A DNA stretch of 63,765 bases, filler included, from Octopus bimaculoides (taxonomy: Eukaryota), in NCBI RefSeq assembly GCF_001194135.2. It is 6 parts of 5 records of this genome, joined end to end, with 100 filler letters (N's around TTAATTAATTAA, not from the genome) between each part and the next. Parts side by side here need not be neighbours in the genome. Positions count along the whole stretch, not along the records: positions 23,669 to 39,761 come from NC_068987.1; positions 39,862 to 55,761 come from NC_068983.1; 4 more parts are not named here. One strand, written 5' to 3'. Below the pieces are notes generated by a model that was not told the origin of the DNA, did not search any database, and saw nothing but the letters and a program-made list of their open reading frames with translations. Positions within the stretch are counted from its first letter, which is position 1. Each line of letters opens with the position of its first letter. Below are positions 38,960 to 52,612 of the stretch, one piece after another. The translations under genes and the position numbers were made by a program.

Positions 38960-39595
38960 AGCAAAGAAGAAATTTTGAACAAATGGGCTGATTACTTTAA
39001 ATCTGTATCACATAAAAAACCCACTACTGAACCTGTGGTAATCAACGAATATTTCCGAGGCCTATAATTGAGAAACTTGCTAAGATACGGCTATTAAAAT
39101 ATGCTGCAATGTCAAACCTCTTGGACAAAATGGTGTTTCCAAAGAAGTGTATGAATATGGTGGTACACAACTTGTAAGAAATCAGCTCATATTGATATGT
39201 TTGATCTGGTAAACTGGATCTCTTCCGCAGCAATTCAAATATGTATCTATAATGCTCTTGTACAAAAACAAGTGAAGCAATATGTATGTGATAATCACAG
39301 GAGCAGAAGTTTGTTGCACATATCTGGAAAATATTTTCCGACGGTCATCGTTGACCGCATCAATAAACACGTAATAAACAGCATTTATCCTGAATCCCAA
39401 CGCGGATTTCCGACTGGGAGAGGCATAGCTTACACGAGATTTACCCTTCAACAAATTCAAGTAAAAGTTCGTGAAGAAAATATTGGCTTGTACACGGTCT
39501 TTGTTGGCTTGTCAACACGATTGATACAGTGAATCGGAAGGTGCTCTGGAAAATGTTGTGAAAATTTGGTTTTCCTGATAATGTCTTTGAATGGG
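38960..39595 (+). mobile_element. BovB-like RT fragment
   Basis: CDNHRSRSLLHISGK...IYPESQRGFPTGRG...QQIQVKVREENIGLYTVFVGL, then VNRKVLWKML*KFGFP. Confidence 0.82.
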
Positions 39596-39724
39596 GATAA
39601 ATCCACACACACATATAATATATACGTACATATATATCTATACTCATACACATTCATATATCTTTATATATGCATATATATATACATATAAAGATATATG
39701 TATACATACATATATACATAGATA

Positions 39725-39761
<37 letters not shown>

Positions 39762-39989
39762 NNNNNNNNNNNNNNNNNNNNNNNNNNNNNNNNNNNNNNN
39801 NNNNNTTAATTAATTAANNNNNNNNNNNNNNNNNNNNNNNNNNNNNNNNNNNNNNNNNNNNTAGTGGAAGTTTCATTTTTAAAGTGAAAGTATTTGACAT
39901 GAGTGTTTTTGTTTCACTTTTGACACGTAATACTTAAATAGTGGAGGAGATATTATGTTGCTGTGGGCTCGAACTATGCAAGAAGTTAA

Positions 39990-40081
39990 ACATTTTTTTT
40001 GACTAAAACACAACCGGGACCCTAAGTAAGGCACGTGTAAAATTTGAATGAAATTGGTTGTGTAGTTCTCGAGTTTTAGGG

Positions 40082-40118
<37 letters not shown>

Positions 40119-40170
40119 TAGACAGACAGACAGACAGACACACATTCTCATTTTTATATATATAGATATT
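39990..40170 (+). mobile_element. Non-autonomous Helitron/Helentron-like 3' region (Lep1/DINE-type layout)
   Basis: aaatttgaatgaaattggttgtgtagttctcgagtttt-(CA)n-(GACA)n-cattctcatttttatatatatagat resembles this end architecture; judged from recall, no alignment run. Confidence 0.5.
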
Positions 40171-40317
40171 ATTATGATTATTAGTATTATACTGTTGTTA
40201 CTGCTGCTACTGCAGCAACCAAACCACAATGACAGGAAGTTATGATTGTAAATAATGTGAAGAAATATTATATAGATAGAAATAGTGAAGAAGTGTAATA
40301 TGATAATGCTGGTGGTG

Positions 40318-40379
<62 letters not shown>

Positions 40380-40634
40380 ACTGTCTGCATATACACACAT
40401 ACACAATTAGACATTTGTATATATTTATATACATGAATTTGAAAGTGTATGCATGTATGTATAAACACATACATATATACATACATACATACATATACAC
40501 ATACACGACACAAGAATGCTCACCTGGCATAAATCAACTGATCACTAAAAGTCACTGAACTCTTAAGTCACCACAATTTGTTATTTGGCAGCTGTATTGA
40601 GTTCTTCCTCCTTATGGTGTATGTGTATATATGT

Positions 40635-40701
<67 letters not shown>

Positions 40702-41175
40702 TAAACACACAGATATACACACATATATAGTATGTGTGTTAAATATTTAACTGACAATGCTAAAATTGCCTGTACAGAACATTATAAGCTTGAACATGAT
40801 ATCGAAATGTAAAGAAAATATTAAAAAAAAACACACCACAGTAAAATGGACAATACATCATCACAACAATTACGATAGGAAGTGCGCAAAATAATGAACT
40901 GAAATAGCATATAAGTCTATTGGTAGTCTACAGTGTATGTCTATAATAAATGCATGACTAAGATTTTCTTATATACAATGGTAATTGTTACACCTTTGTA
41001 AGCAACAATCTGAAGTTAGAAGGAAAATAGTAATCCCACTGTGTTGGCAATCATATCATGTAGTTTTCATTGTTAAACAGTTACACTACATTGAATTTTG
41101 TTTCCTGCTCACTGAGATTTTAATGTGCGTGTTTGAGTTCATGTGTTTGCCTCTGTTTCTCTCTGATACACACAT

Positions 41176-41214
<39 letters not shown>

Positions 41215-41383
41215 TATATATTTTTATATATATGGTAAATATAAAGTAAGATAACATGAGGGAAAATGATAAAAGGATAAATACAGAAAGGGCAATTAGG
41301 CCCAAAATACCTCTCATCAGCCACAAGGACCAGAGTCAGTATAGTTTCAGCTTGCTTAAGTTTGGATACATACACACACACAC

Positions 41384-41438
<55 letters not shown>

Positions 41439-41454
41439 AACATACATACATGTA

Positions 41455-41705
41455 TATCGTTGCCAGTGCCGCCGAACTGGCTCCTCTGCAGGTGGCATGT
41501 AAAATACACCATTTTGAGCATGGCTGTTGCCAGTACCGCCTGACTGGCCTTCGTGCCGGTGGCACGTAAAAGCACCCACTACACTCTCGGAGTGGTTGGC
41601 GTTAGGAAGGGCATCCAGCTGTAGAAACTCTGCCAAATCAGATTGGAGCCTGGTGTAGCCATCTGGTTTCACCAGTCCTCAGTCAAATCGTCCAACCCAT
41701 GCTAG
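41455..41705 (+). mobile_element. 5'-truncated RTE-X-like LINE 3' UTR copy
   Basis: ggcacgtaaaagcacccactacactctc...ttaggaagggcatccagctgtagaaac...tccaacccatgc; matches the 3' UTR at 56475-57090. Confidence 0.85.
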
Positions 41706-42749
41706 GAATAGCTGTGATGGTCTTTTTTTTTTTTTTTTAATATTATTTGTCTTTCTTTTCAAAGAATGAACTAGTTTGTTTACTACAGGTGTAAGCCTCA
41801 CATTGACATTACCATTTATTTCCAGCAATTGCTTTGGTCCACTTCACAAGCTTGGCAGGATTGCTACATATATCACATGTAACCAACTGTGTTCACTGGA
41901 ATGTATCAAGATGCAAGCCATGGAATAGTTTTGCCTGTTGTTCTGTGGCTGGAAAAATTGTTTTGAAGTGGAGTAATTCTGTGTGATGCTTAATACAGGT
42001 TGCAGCAGAAAAATACCCTGCATTTGACACAGCCATCACTGTGGCACTAGTGGAGTTAGGCAGGTGGTAATGCTGTCATTATATAGGTGGTGCATTACCA
42101 TTTTATTTTTCTAGTTACTATTAATGTTTGCATGAATGGATGTTATGTGTTTGCTATTGAAACATTTATAAAGAATTGTCAATCTACGAGGGTTTTTCTT
42201 GTTTTTTTTGCACCTTATATTTCACTTGATCGCTCTATCTATCTGTCTGTCTGTCACTTCAAGAGGAAGGTGAGAGTAGAAAGGGAAGTTTTAACTAGTG
42301 AATGTTTCAAAAAAAGATGGGCGAATGTAGCAAGGATGGCACGTGTGAATGACGGAGCCAGCTTGAGCATAATCTTATGAACCAAAAAAAAAAGAAAAGA
42401 AAAAAGAGAGTAACTTACTGTAATGTGTTTTTTTGCATGAAATTATTGCCCAAGGTTACCGTGGTCTTTTGTGTAGTCTTTTCTTTCCATGGATAAACCT
42501 AATCTGTTCCCCCTTTTTACATTATGACATTTCTGTGATACACAATCTCTATTGATCGGCCCTTTTTTTCTCCACGATCCCCTTTCATCGAAATTGTACC
42601 CCCACCTTTTATTTTTTTCCCAAAAAGAAAAACTCTACTTTGTATTTTGTCCCCTCTGTGTTCAGCCCTGTGTGGCCAATAAAGAAACATATCTATCTAT
42701 CTATCTATCTAGGTCACCCCACAAGACACACCAAGATTGTTTCCCCACA

Positions 42750-42935
42750 TTTTCCCCATTTGAACTCCATACCTTCCTCAGTTTATGGCATGCGTTCCAG
42801 GCAAGAGCTTTCCTTGCTATGATGTCTTTTTCAGTACTTTGTGTCCACGCACCAAGGGATTTGAAATTTTCAACTACCTTCAGTGACTTACCGTCTCTCA
42901 CTTTCACTGACACCCTTGAATGTATAATAAACATG
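42750..42935 (-). mobile_element. RTE-like post-RT fragment
   Basis: DGKSLKVVENFKSLGAWTQSTEKDIIARKALAWNACHKLRKVWSS (FKYLG...AW motif). Confidence 0.8.
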
Positions 42936-43494
42936 GATCCTGGTATAGGATTATCTGATGAAAATTATATCCATGAAGTTATAAAACATTCATAGAATTT
43001 TCGTTGATCCAGATGATAGAATTGTAAACAGGTAATTAAAGGTAATTGAACAGTAGCAAAAACAAAAACAAAAGACATAAAAATAAACAAAACTAAACAA
43101 AATAGCAAATGACAATGTAGATGAAGCAAAGCATTGTTTAAATTGTATCTCGATGAACCGGCACATAGTACATTGAATTTCAGTAATCAATTGGGAAGAC
43201 ATATCCACAATTATGATTTGTTGTATAAATGAAAATTATACTTTAATTTTAAAATATTTTTTCATTTCAAAACATTACAAGCTTTTGTTTTTCTTTCTAT
43301 CACTTTCATTTCTTCTTTATTTTATTGTTGTCAATTCTGTTTTTTTTCACTTTCCTTTCTGTCACATTTCCTTCCTGTCACTTTTTTTTTACATCCTAAA
43401 ATAGGACACTGCCTTAATGAGACTGACCCTTGAGGAACATCGTAGGAACAGGAAGCTGAGAGTAGGGATATAGAGCAACCTCAGCTTTGAATAC

Positions 43495-43690
43495 ACGCGT
43501 GCTCTCGTGTGTGTGTGTGTGCATGTGTGGTGTGTGTGTGTGCATGTGTGGTGTGTTTGTGTGTGTGGTGTATGTGTGGCGCATGTGTGTGGTGTATGTG
43601 TGGCGCATATGTGTGGTGTGTGTGGTGTATGTGTGGCGCATATGTATGGTGTATATATATGTGGTGTGTGTGTGTGTGTGTGTATACATG
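43495..43690. repeat. (GT)n-derived minisatellite with about 24-bp unit gtgtgtggtgtatgtgtggcgcat
   Basis: Three or more imperfect copies. Confidence 0.8.
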
Positions 43691-43968
43691 TGAGATGCAC
43701 ACATAGGCATAGCTAAGCTGCTATTTAGTTTGCTTTATCATCCAAATGTTGTGAGTTCAATCCCACTAAGTGGCATCTGAGACAAGTGTCATTTATCATA
43801 GTCTCAACTCAACCTACACCCTGGCAGTGAAATTGGGTAGATGGGACAGATGAAAACAGGGTGGAGATTTATATCAAGACAGACTACACCTGTAATTGAA
43901 GGAACAACTCTATAACATACGGATTTTGCCAGAGAATTAAATTAAAGGTTCATGTATGAATAGGTAAG

Positions 43969-44178
43969 TGAAGGTGGCTCAGTGGTTAGAGAGTCGGGCT
44001 CACAATAATGAGATAGTGAGTTTGATTCCCAGACCAGGCTGTGTGTTGCGTTCTTGAGCAAGACACTTTATTTTCACATTGCTCCAGTTCATTTGGCTGT
44101 AGAAGTGACTTGTGATGTCACTGGTGCCAAGTTGTATCAACCTTTGCCTCTCCCCTGGGTAATATCAGTGGCACACAC
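43969..44178 (+). mobile_element. CORE-like tRNA SINE (family C head, different tail)
   Basis: ggctcagtggttagag, gagtttgattccc, gttcttgagcaagacactt. Confidence 0.8.
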
Positions 44179-44575
44179 TAGATTCGTCACTACTTGAAGG
44201 ATGACAGAGCTGAGTTGGTGTGCTTGTCTGATCATGATTACATAGGCATTTAAGGCTAACAACTCTGCCAGCTTGCCACCTTTATGTGTATATATGCTGC
44301 CTCAAAAGACATTTTAAGATCCACAAAGATCTGAACTTAACTGCAGTTCTTGGTGGTCCAAATCGGATATGCAAACTATGTGGGTGTCTTTTCAATACAT
44401 TGGTTTCAAAAGCCACACCAGACACCATGGTGGGTCTAAAGTGTAGGTACAGGAGGTGGTCAGACTCTGCATAAGGAGTAGACAATCACAATAGGAAATC
44501 AAAACCCATCTAATACTAAGATTAAAACAAAAAATTATTTCATATGAGACTTCACTAATAAATAGACAAATGTTG

Positions 44576-44607
<32 letters not shown>

Positions 44608-44737
44608 GTGATTTTAACTCACAGCATTAAATTATTAAACATTCATAATTGGAATGAATAAATCAAATTGCATATCAAGTATTTATGGAATTTTGATTTA
44701 CTGTCAGGTGACTTTTGGCCAACCGTGTATATGCATA

Positions 44738-44898
44738 TTGAGCTTCTTTCAGTTTCCATCTACCAAATCTATTTATGAGCTTCAGTCAGCCTAAGGATAT
44801 GGTAGAAGACACTTGCCCAAGGTGCCATGCAGTGGGACTAAACTCAGAACCATGTGACTGAGAAAGCAAATTTCTTACCACACAGCCATGCTTGCCTG
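44738..44898 (-). mobile_element. SINE family B 5' half
   Basis: gaagacacttgcccaaggtgccatgcagtgggact...cttaccacacagccatgc. Confidence 0.85.
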
Positions 44899-46195
44899 TG
44901 CCTAGTGGTATTTTTTTTTTTGTACCATTCTCTTTTCCAAATGTCTATAATAAAAACATGTTATCTGAGCAATTGTATCGTGAATATATTTGAAATCAGT
45001 CGGTCACACATGGAGAGTCTTAGAGATAGATGATAATAATGTTTTCTTTATTTCAGTATGATAGAACTATGTAAATGCAAATGAAATAAAGGTGTGCATT
45101 GGTGAACAAAGAAATTCAAGAAACGAATAAGTAAAATATAGCTGTTAGCACCTGGGCGACATTGGTACTAGAATAATATCTTCTACCGACTGACGTCAGC
45201 AAGAGAGTGTCTGGTTCTGACATCAGCACCAGAATATATTAATAATGCAACAGTGTATAAATAAGACAGTTAGAAGAATCTGGTGTACTGAAGAAGAAGA
45301 AAAGGATGGCAGTAACAAAAAAATATGGTAATGTGATACTGAAGGAAGAAATCTGCCAGCTTATTATCATTGATATGTTGAGACTAGATGATAGTGCTAG
45401 AGAAAAATAACAAAAAAATAAATAGCAAATACAAGAACTATGTTGAGTGTAATTTAAATTCAATTCAAAGAAGAAACTGTCAAAGCAATAGTTAAATTTT
45501 TGAGAGGGAGAAAGGGTGGGTGGGGGAGTAATTTACAAAGAAATTCTAATGGTACTATAATGTAGTCTGTGAATATATTTCTTAGCCTTTCATATGTGTA
45601 TAGACAGATATATATATNNNNNNNNNNNNNNNNNNNNNNNNNNNNNNNNNNNNNNNNNNNNNNNNNNNNNNNNNNNNNNNNNNNNNNNNNNNNNNNNNNN
45701 NNNNNNNNNNNNNNNNNNNNNNNNNNNNNNNNNNNNNNNNNNNNNNNNNNNNNNNNNNNNNNNNNNNNNNNNNNNNNNNNNNNNNNNNNNNNNNNNNNNN
45801 NNNNNNNNNNNNNNNNNNNNNNNNNNNNNNNNNNNNNNNNNNNNNNNNNNNNNNNNNNNNNNNNNNNNNNNNNNNNNNNNNNNNNNNNNNNNNNNNNNNN
45901 NNNNNNNNNNNNNNNNNNNNNNNNNNNNNNNNNNNNNNNNNNNNNNNNNNNNNNNNNNNNNNNNNNNNNNNNNNNNNNNNNNNNNNNNNNNNNNNNNNNN
46001 NNNNNNNNNNNNNNNNNNNNNNNNNNNNNNNNNNNNNNNNNNNNNNNNNNNNNNNNNNNNNNNNNNNNNNNNNNNNNNNNNNNNNNNNNNNNNNNNNNNN
46101 NNNNNNNNNNNNNNNNNNNNNNNNNNNNNNNNNNNNNNNNNNNNNNNNNNNNNNNNNNNNNNNNNNNNNNNNNNNNNNNNNNNNNNNNNNNNNNN

Positions 46196-46246
<51 letters not shown>

Positions 46247-46489
46247 CCTTGTCTAGACATCATATAATAGTTGTGAATAAGCATCATTGTTATACAAGTG
46301 AGGTTGTTCATTTCCAGTTTCCTATGAAAAAGACATGTGGTCACAGGGAAATATTACCTTGCTTGGAAACAGGTAAGGGTTGGTGATAAGAAAGATACCA
46401 GGCTGTAGAAAACCTGATTTAAAAAATTTCCTCTGATTATACAAGCATGGATAAATGTGGATGTTAAAGGATAATGATGATGGTGATGA

Positions 46490-46760
46490 TGAGGAAAGAT
46501 ATTTAGACATCAATAGAGAAGACAGGATTCAGTTGTCTTCTGGAAGTAGACAGGTTGGACACACAAAAAGAAGTAGATGGAGACCCCATACAGTGTATGC
46601 CACATGGTACATAAGAGATGCAATGAGATCAATGGCAGGGTGATAGTGAAAGACTTTGTATGTGGCAGATGTACAGGAGTAGTTAACAGTCGAAGCACCA
46701 ATGAAATATGTTCTTTCACATGCTTGTACAGATAAGGAGTCAGCAGTTTCTGTTACTGAA
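46490..46760 (+). mobile_element. Degenerate RTE-X-like Cys-rich ORF2 segment
   Basis: cataagagatgc (HKRC) and tttgtatgtggcagatgtacagga (FVCGRCTG), as at about 57700-57860. Confidence 0.55.
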
Positions 46761-46896
46761 GTGACCCAATCAGCAATTTAGGGAGATGGGTGTGCTGAAA
46801 AAATAATGAAGTGCAGAGCACTCTCAGTGAATAAATATATATTTATGTGTACACACACAAACATGCATGCATGCACACACATACACACACACAACT

Positions 46897-46950
<54 letters not shown>

Positions 46951-46955
46951 TATAT

Positions 46956-47262
46956 AAAACACCATTTGAGTGTGGCTGTTGCCAGTGCCTGACTGGCCCC
47001 TGTGCTGGTAGCACATAAAAGGTACCATCTGAACGTGGCTGATGCCAGTGCCGCCTGACTGGCTCCTGTGCTGGTGGCACGTAAAAAGCACCCACTACAC
47101 TCTTAGAGTGGTTGGTGTTAGGAAGGGTATCCAGCTGTAGAAACATTGCCAGATCAGACTAGAGCCTGGCACAACCTTCTGCCTTGACTGTCCCCAGTCA
47201 AACCATCCAACCCATGCCAACATGGAAAATGAACGTTAAATGATGATGATGATGATGATGAT
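46956..47262 (+). mobile_element. RTE-X-like 3' UTR copy with (ATG)n tail
   Basis: Same blocks as 41455-41705; ends gttaaatgatgatgat. Confidence 0.85.
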
Positions 47263-47396
47263 TGTGTACAACACCACCTAACAACTGCCAAGAATTCAAC
47301 CACTGCCAACCACTCTTCTTTGTTAATGCTATCCAAAAACCTTCCCATTATGCTAGCTTAGGGTTATCCGGAAACCTTCACACTATACTAGTTTAA

Positions 47397-47613
47397 CCCT
47401 TTAGCATTGAAACCAATCAGATCTGGCCAAAATATCTTACTTCTTTTATGTTCAAACTGGCCAGATCCAGCCTCTTATACCTACCCTGCAATGTCATTCC
47501 AAAAACAAACCATCACAACATCGAAGTCTCAAAGTTATGAGACAAAGCATAAGTTCAAAACAATGTGAATAAATAAGTATTACATTCAACAGAACAATCT
47601 GAATGCTGAAGGG
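47397..47613. mobile_element. 217-bp piggyBac-type MITE
   Basis: TTAA|CCCTTTAGCATT ... AATGCTGAAGGG|TTAC. Confidence 0.8.
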
Positions 47614-48377
47614 TTACAGATATGGCTGGCTACATCCATCTATTACCGTCATCATACAAATACAATGTCTCATACAAACTGCCAACAGCCTACGCTTCAA
47701 CTGTTGGCCAGCTATTTCTTTTTTCTTCACAAAGATCTAGTCTAGATATCTGTCCTGTTATAACAACATTGGCACACATGTAGAAATTCTCCTTGTAACA
47801 CGCAACATATATAGCTAATTTGGTACACAACAATTTGGAACTGACTTCAGCAAAACCCTAGTGAAAACTCCATCTATTATAAAACAATAAAACTTAAGCC
47901 AATTTCAGGCTGTAATAAATAGGCTTTGTCATGTCTAATCTGTGTGATTTTATTGTTTACCCAAAGGAATATATTTATCTATTTCTTTCATTGAGAGAAA
48001 GGTGTCTTGAGTGAGTTATTCTGCCATAGGATTTAAAGAACTATCATTATTTAAACATAAAATATCTTCATTTCATTCTTTTATTGGTTTCAGCCATAGG
48101 CTGAGGCCATGCTGGGGCACCACAATGAAATTTAACATACAATGTAAGAATAAACTATAATATTATATCTATATACAGCTGCATGCATGCAAATATATAT
48201 GTACATATGCACACATATAATTCTTGAATATACAAATGAAAAGGAACGGTACTGCATACATCTAGGTAGAGTTTACTAGTTACTACTACAGCATGTCCTT
48301 ATCTGATCACATTCCTAAATCTTATATGTGTGTGTGTGTGTACACACACACATGTACATGTATATATACATTCACAA

Positions 48378-48410
<33 letters not shown>

Positions 48411-48444
48411 AACACAATGTACATATACATTCATATATATATAC

Positions 48445-48527
<83 letters not shown>

Positions 48528-48702
48528 CACACATGTACATGCATATATACATTCATATATACACATATATATACATGTGTATATGTATGTACACATACAT
48601 ACATACAAAAATATACACACACATATGTATACACACATGCATATCTATGTATGTACACATGAACATTCATACATATATACACAAATATGCATACGTCTAT
48701 AT

Positions 48703-48735
<33 letters not shown>

Positions 48736-49844
48736 AAGAAGTATACAAAAATTGATATATTCTTTAATTAGTTTCAGTTATTTGACTGCTGTCATGCTTG
48801 AGTTCTGCCTTCAGAAAGATTTTTAACTGCTTCTGTTCACTCAACTGGAATATTTGATATTCATTTTATCAGCTTTGATAAAGAAAAAAAGAGAAAAAGT
48901 CAACCTAAGTACAAAGGGAGGTAACTGGAAAGGAACATATACAACAAAATATTCTTATTCTTGAAAGCAACACAGGAACATGCCATCCCTCACCGATACA
49001 CACACATATATGTAGAAGTGTACATACATACATACAAACATATATATATATATATATATATATATACACTTTTACCCTTTTACTTGTTTCAGTCATTTGA
49101 CTGCGGCCATGCTGGAGCACCGCCTTTTTAGTCGAGCATTTCGACCCCAGAGCTTATTCTTTGTATGCCTAGTACTTATTCTATCGGGATCTTTTNNNNN
49201 NNNNNNNNNNNNNNNNNNNNNNNNNNNNNNNNNNNNNNNNNNNNNNNNNNNNNNNNNNNNNNNNNNNNNNNNNNNNNNNNNNNNNNNNNNNNNNNNNNNN
49301 NNNNNNNNNNNNNNNNNNNNNNNNNNNNNNNNNNNNNNNNNNNNNNNNNNNNNNNNNNNNNNNNNNNNNNNNNNNNNNNNNNNNNNNNNNNNNNNNNNNN
49401 NNNNNNNNNNNNNNNNNNNNNNNNNNNNNNNNNNNNNNNNNNNNNNNNNNNNNNNNNNNNNNNNNNNNNNNNNNNNNNNNNNNNNNNNNNNNNNNNNNNN
49501 NNNNNNNNNNNNNNNNNNNNNNNNNNNNNNNNNNNNNNNNNNNNNNNNNNNNNNNNNNNNNNNNNNNNNNNNNNNNNNNNNNNNNNNNNNNNNNNNNNNN
49601 NNNNNNNNNNNNNNNNNNNNNNNNNNNNNNNNNNNNNNNNNNNNNNNNNNNNNNNNNNNNNNNNNNNNNNNNNNNNNNNNNNNNNNNNNNNNNNNNNNNN
49701 NNNNNNNNNNNNNNNNNNNNNNNNNNNNNNNNNNNNNNNNNNNNNNNNNNNNNNNNNNNNNNNNNNNNNNNNNNNNNNNNNNNNNNNNNNNNNNNNNNNN
49801 NNNNNNNNNNNNNNNNNNNNNNNNNNNNNNNNNNNNNNNNNNNN

Positions 49845-49879
<35 letters not shown>

Positions 49880-49883
<4 letters not shown>

Positions 49884-50092
49884 GTGTCTTGCAAGGTACT
49901 TGGTGATCCTGTTGGTGCCACATAAAAAGCATCCAGTTCACTCTGTAAAGTGGTTGGTGTTACGAAAAATGTCCAGCTATAGAAACCAAGCCGAAACAGA
50001 GAATGGAGCCTGGTACAGCTTCTGGCCTTATCAGATCCTGTTAAACCACCATACCCATGCCAGCATGGAAAACCAAATGTATGATGATGATT
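49880..50092 (+). mobile_element. RTE-X-like 3' UTR copy, diverged
   Basis: ggtgccacataaaaagca...ccagctatagaaac...acccatgccagcatggaaa...gatgatgat. Confidence 0.75.
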
Positions 50093-50224
50093 ATTATATG
50101 TGTTGCACTTAGGTATAGTGATACTAATATACTTCAGGAAAAAATGCATCAGTTGAGTACAGAACATAAGAAATTAAATGAATGACAAGGGAACAGGAAA
50201 TTATAATAATGAGTAAAGGCATAA

Positions 50225-50380
50225 GCATAGCTGTGTGGTTGAGAAGTTTCTTTCCGTCCATGTGGTTTGGGGTTCAGTCTCACTGTGTGACACCTCGGGC
50301 AAGTGTTTTCTACAATAGCACTGAGCTAATCAAAGCCTCGTAAGTGGACATGGTAGATGGAAAATGAAAGAAGCCCATCA
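50225..50380 (+). mobile_element. SINE family B 5' half
   Basis: gctgtgtggttgagaag...gggttcagtctcactg...acctcgggcaagtgttttctac. Confidence 0.8.
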
Positions 50381-51464
50381 TATTTGTGTATGTGCATGTG
50401 TGCGTGTTATGTATGTGTTTCCATTTATGTTGTAGGACTGAATTTAAAGCCACATGGCTGGGAAGCAAGCTTCTTAATCACACAGCCATGCTTGTGTCAG
50501 TTACCTGATATTAATCTAATCACACAATTACTCAACATTCTCCCCCACCCAACCACCCACGCATGCACCCCTTATGCACGTACATATAATAAATATTTAA
50601 ATGCTATATATTTCCTATATTTAATTATTCAAACACTGATATTTTCTAGTAGCCATTTTATTTATCAGCCTGTAATATCTTTCTCACATTTGCGTCTGAT
50701 AACGAAAACCATTCAGTTTTAATCATTATCAACATCTCTTCATAACCATAATTATAACATGTGTGCATTGTATTTTACTCTTCTCAAATTTCTTTGTCTT
50801 TCCTCTCAATGGTAAACAAAGGAATCATTATTACAAATACTTCTATAATTATTATCATAGATATTATTGCAATTATTGTAAATATTGTTAAATATTATCG
50901 TTATTATTATTATTACTACTACTACTATGATTATTATAATTACTACTACCACCACCATTATTGTTCTTTCTGACAGACTTTTGCATAGATATATTTAAAT
51001 AAAATTGTACATACACATGTTTGTACAAAGAAGAGATAAAATTAGTGAGATCAGTAAAATTTGCGTACGCACTCCCTAACACACACACACGCATATTCAT
51101 TAACACACACACACACAAAACACATGCAAGTGCAGACAGATATGTGCATGCACAAGAACAGCATGAGTGTTGTGCATGTGTATTAATTGAATAAAAGGAT
51201 TATTTACAGAATGTTTTTACCACATAATCTCTTAGAGTACGGAACCATGAAAAAAGATGGCTTAGTTGTGACAGGTTTAATTTTTCATCTTCGTCAGTCA
51301 AATTTAACATCATTTAAACAACCAGGCAGAATGTTATCAAAGTGATTGTTCAGCAGACATTAAACTAATTCATTTTCAACAGTTCATAACGAAGTCAAAA
51401 TTCATTTAGTCTGTTGTTTTTCTAGGTTTAATTGAATTATTAATTACCAATACCAATACGTGCA

Positions 51465-52235
51465 GGCATGGCAGTGTGATTAAGAAGTTTGTTTCCCAAC
51501 TATGTGGTTTCAGGTTCAGTTCTATTGCATTGCACCTTGGGCATGTGTTTGGATCTTGTTCAAAACAGGGGCACCAGTTTTCATTTATGTTTTATGTAGT
51601 GTTTTTGGCACCGAAAGACTTTCAAACTTCGTAATTTGTGTTATAGAACAGAAAAAAATTTTTGTATTCGAATTTATTTGATGTAAAAAATTGTCTTATT
51701 TTGATAATTTCTACTAATCACTGATGTCTATTCAGTTGAAAACAGTTAGCGCTGTAACAGTGTATATTGTATTAATCCCCATTAGTTCTGACATTTCAAC
51801 CCTAACCCTAACTCTAGAATCCGAACTCTAAAATTGTTATACACATAGATACGCACAGCGTAATTTATTATATAAACAATATATGCGTATAAATTACGAT
51901 TAAACCGGATGAAATACATCACAGGGAATAACATTTTTATGACCGCCCAGCAGTAACTCTATTCAACTGAATAGACGTCAGTGATTGGTTGAAATTACAG
52001 AAATACGACAACTTTAACATGAAATAACTTGCGATGTAGGTTTTTTTGTCAAGAAGACTAAGAGAAAAAGATGTTTTATATGACACATTCTACCAGTGTC
52101 CCAAGTTTCAAAGTGTTTCGTTAAGAAAATACTGGTGCCCCCGTTTTGAACAAGATCCATGTGTTTTCTACTGTAACCATGGGCCAACCCAAACTAGGTC
52201 AATAGATTTGGTAGATGTAAAGATATACATGTGAG
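51465..52235 (+). mobile_element. SINE family B 5' half split by a DNA transposon
   Basis: ...gcaccttgggcatgtgttt (to 51550) resumes as atgtgttttctact (from 52159). Confidence 0.8.
51551..52158. mobile_element. 608-bp non-autonomous DNA transposon, 28-bp TIRs, 8-bp TSD (Merlin candidate)
   Basis: TIR GGATCTTGTTCAAAAC(A/G)GGGGCACCAGT (27 of 28 match); TSD ATGTGTTT at 51543-51550 and 52159-52166. Superfamily inferred from GG termini and TSD length. Confidence 0.85.
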
Positions 52236-52274
52236 TGTGTAAGAATGAGTTCATATTTTCCTTGCATTTGCTGG

Positions 52275-52612
52275 TGACATGTAAAGAGTACCCAATCCAT
52301 GCCGTTAAATAGTTGGTGTTAGGAAGGGCATCCAGCCATAGAAAGCATGTCAAAACAGATGACTGGAACCTGCACGTAAAATACACCATTTTGAGTGTGG
52401 CCATTGCCAGTACCGCCTGACTAGCCTTCGTGCCGGTGGCACGTAAAAGCACCCACTACACTCTCAGAGTGGTTGGCATTAGGAAGGGCATCCAGCTGTA
52501 GAAACTCTGCCAAATCAGATTGGAGCCTGGTGTAGCCATCTGGTTCACCAGTCCTCAGTCAAATCGTCCAACCCATGCTAGCATGGAAAGCGGACGTTAA
52601 ATGATGATGATG
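52275..52612 (+). mobile_element. Two adjoining RTE-X-like 3' UTR copies ending in (ATG)n
   Basis: ttaggaagggcatccagc occurs at about 52320 and 52479. Confidence 0.85.
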
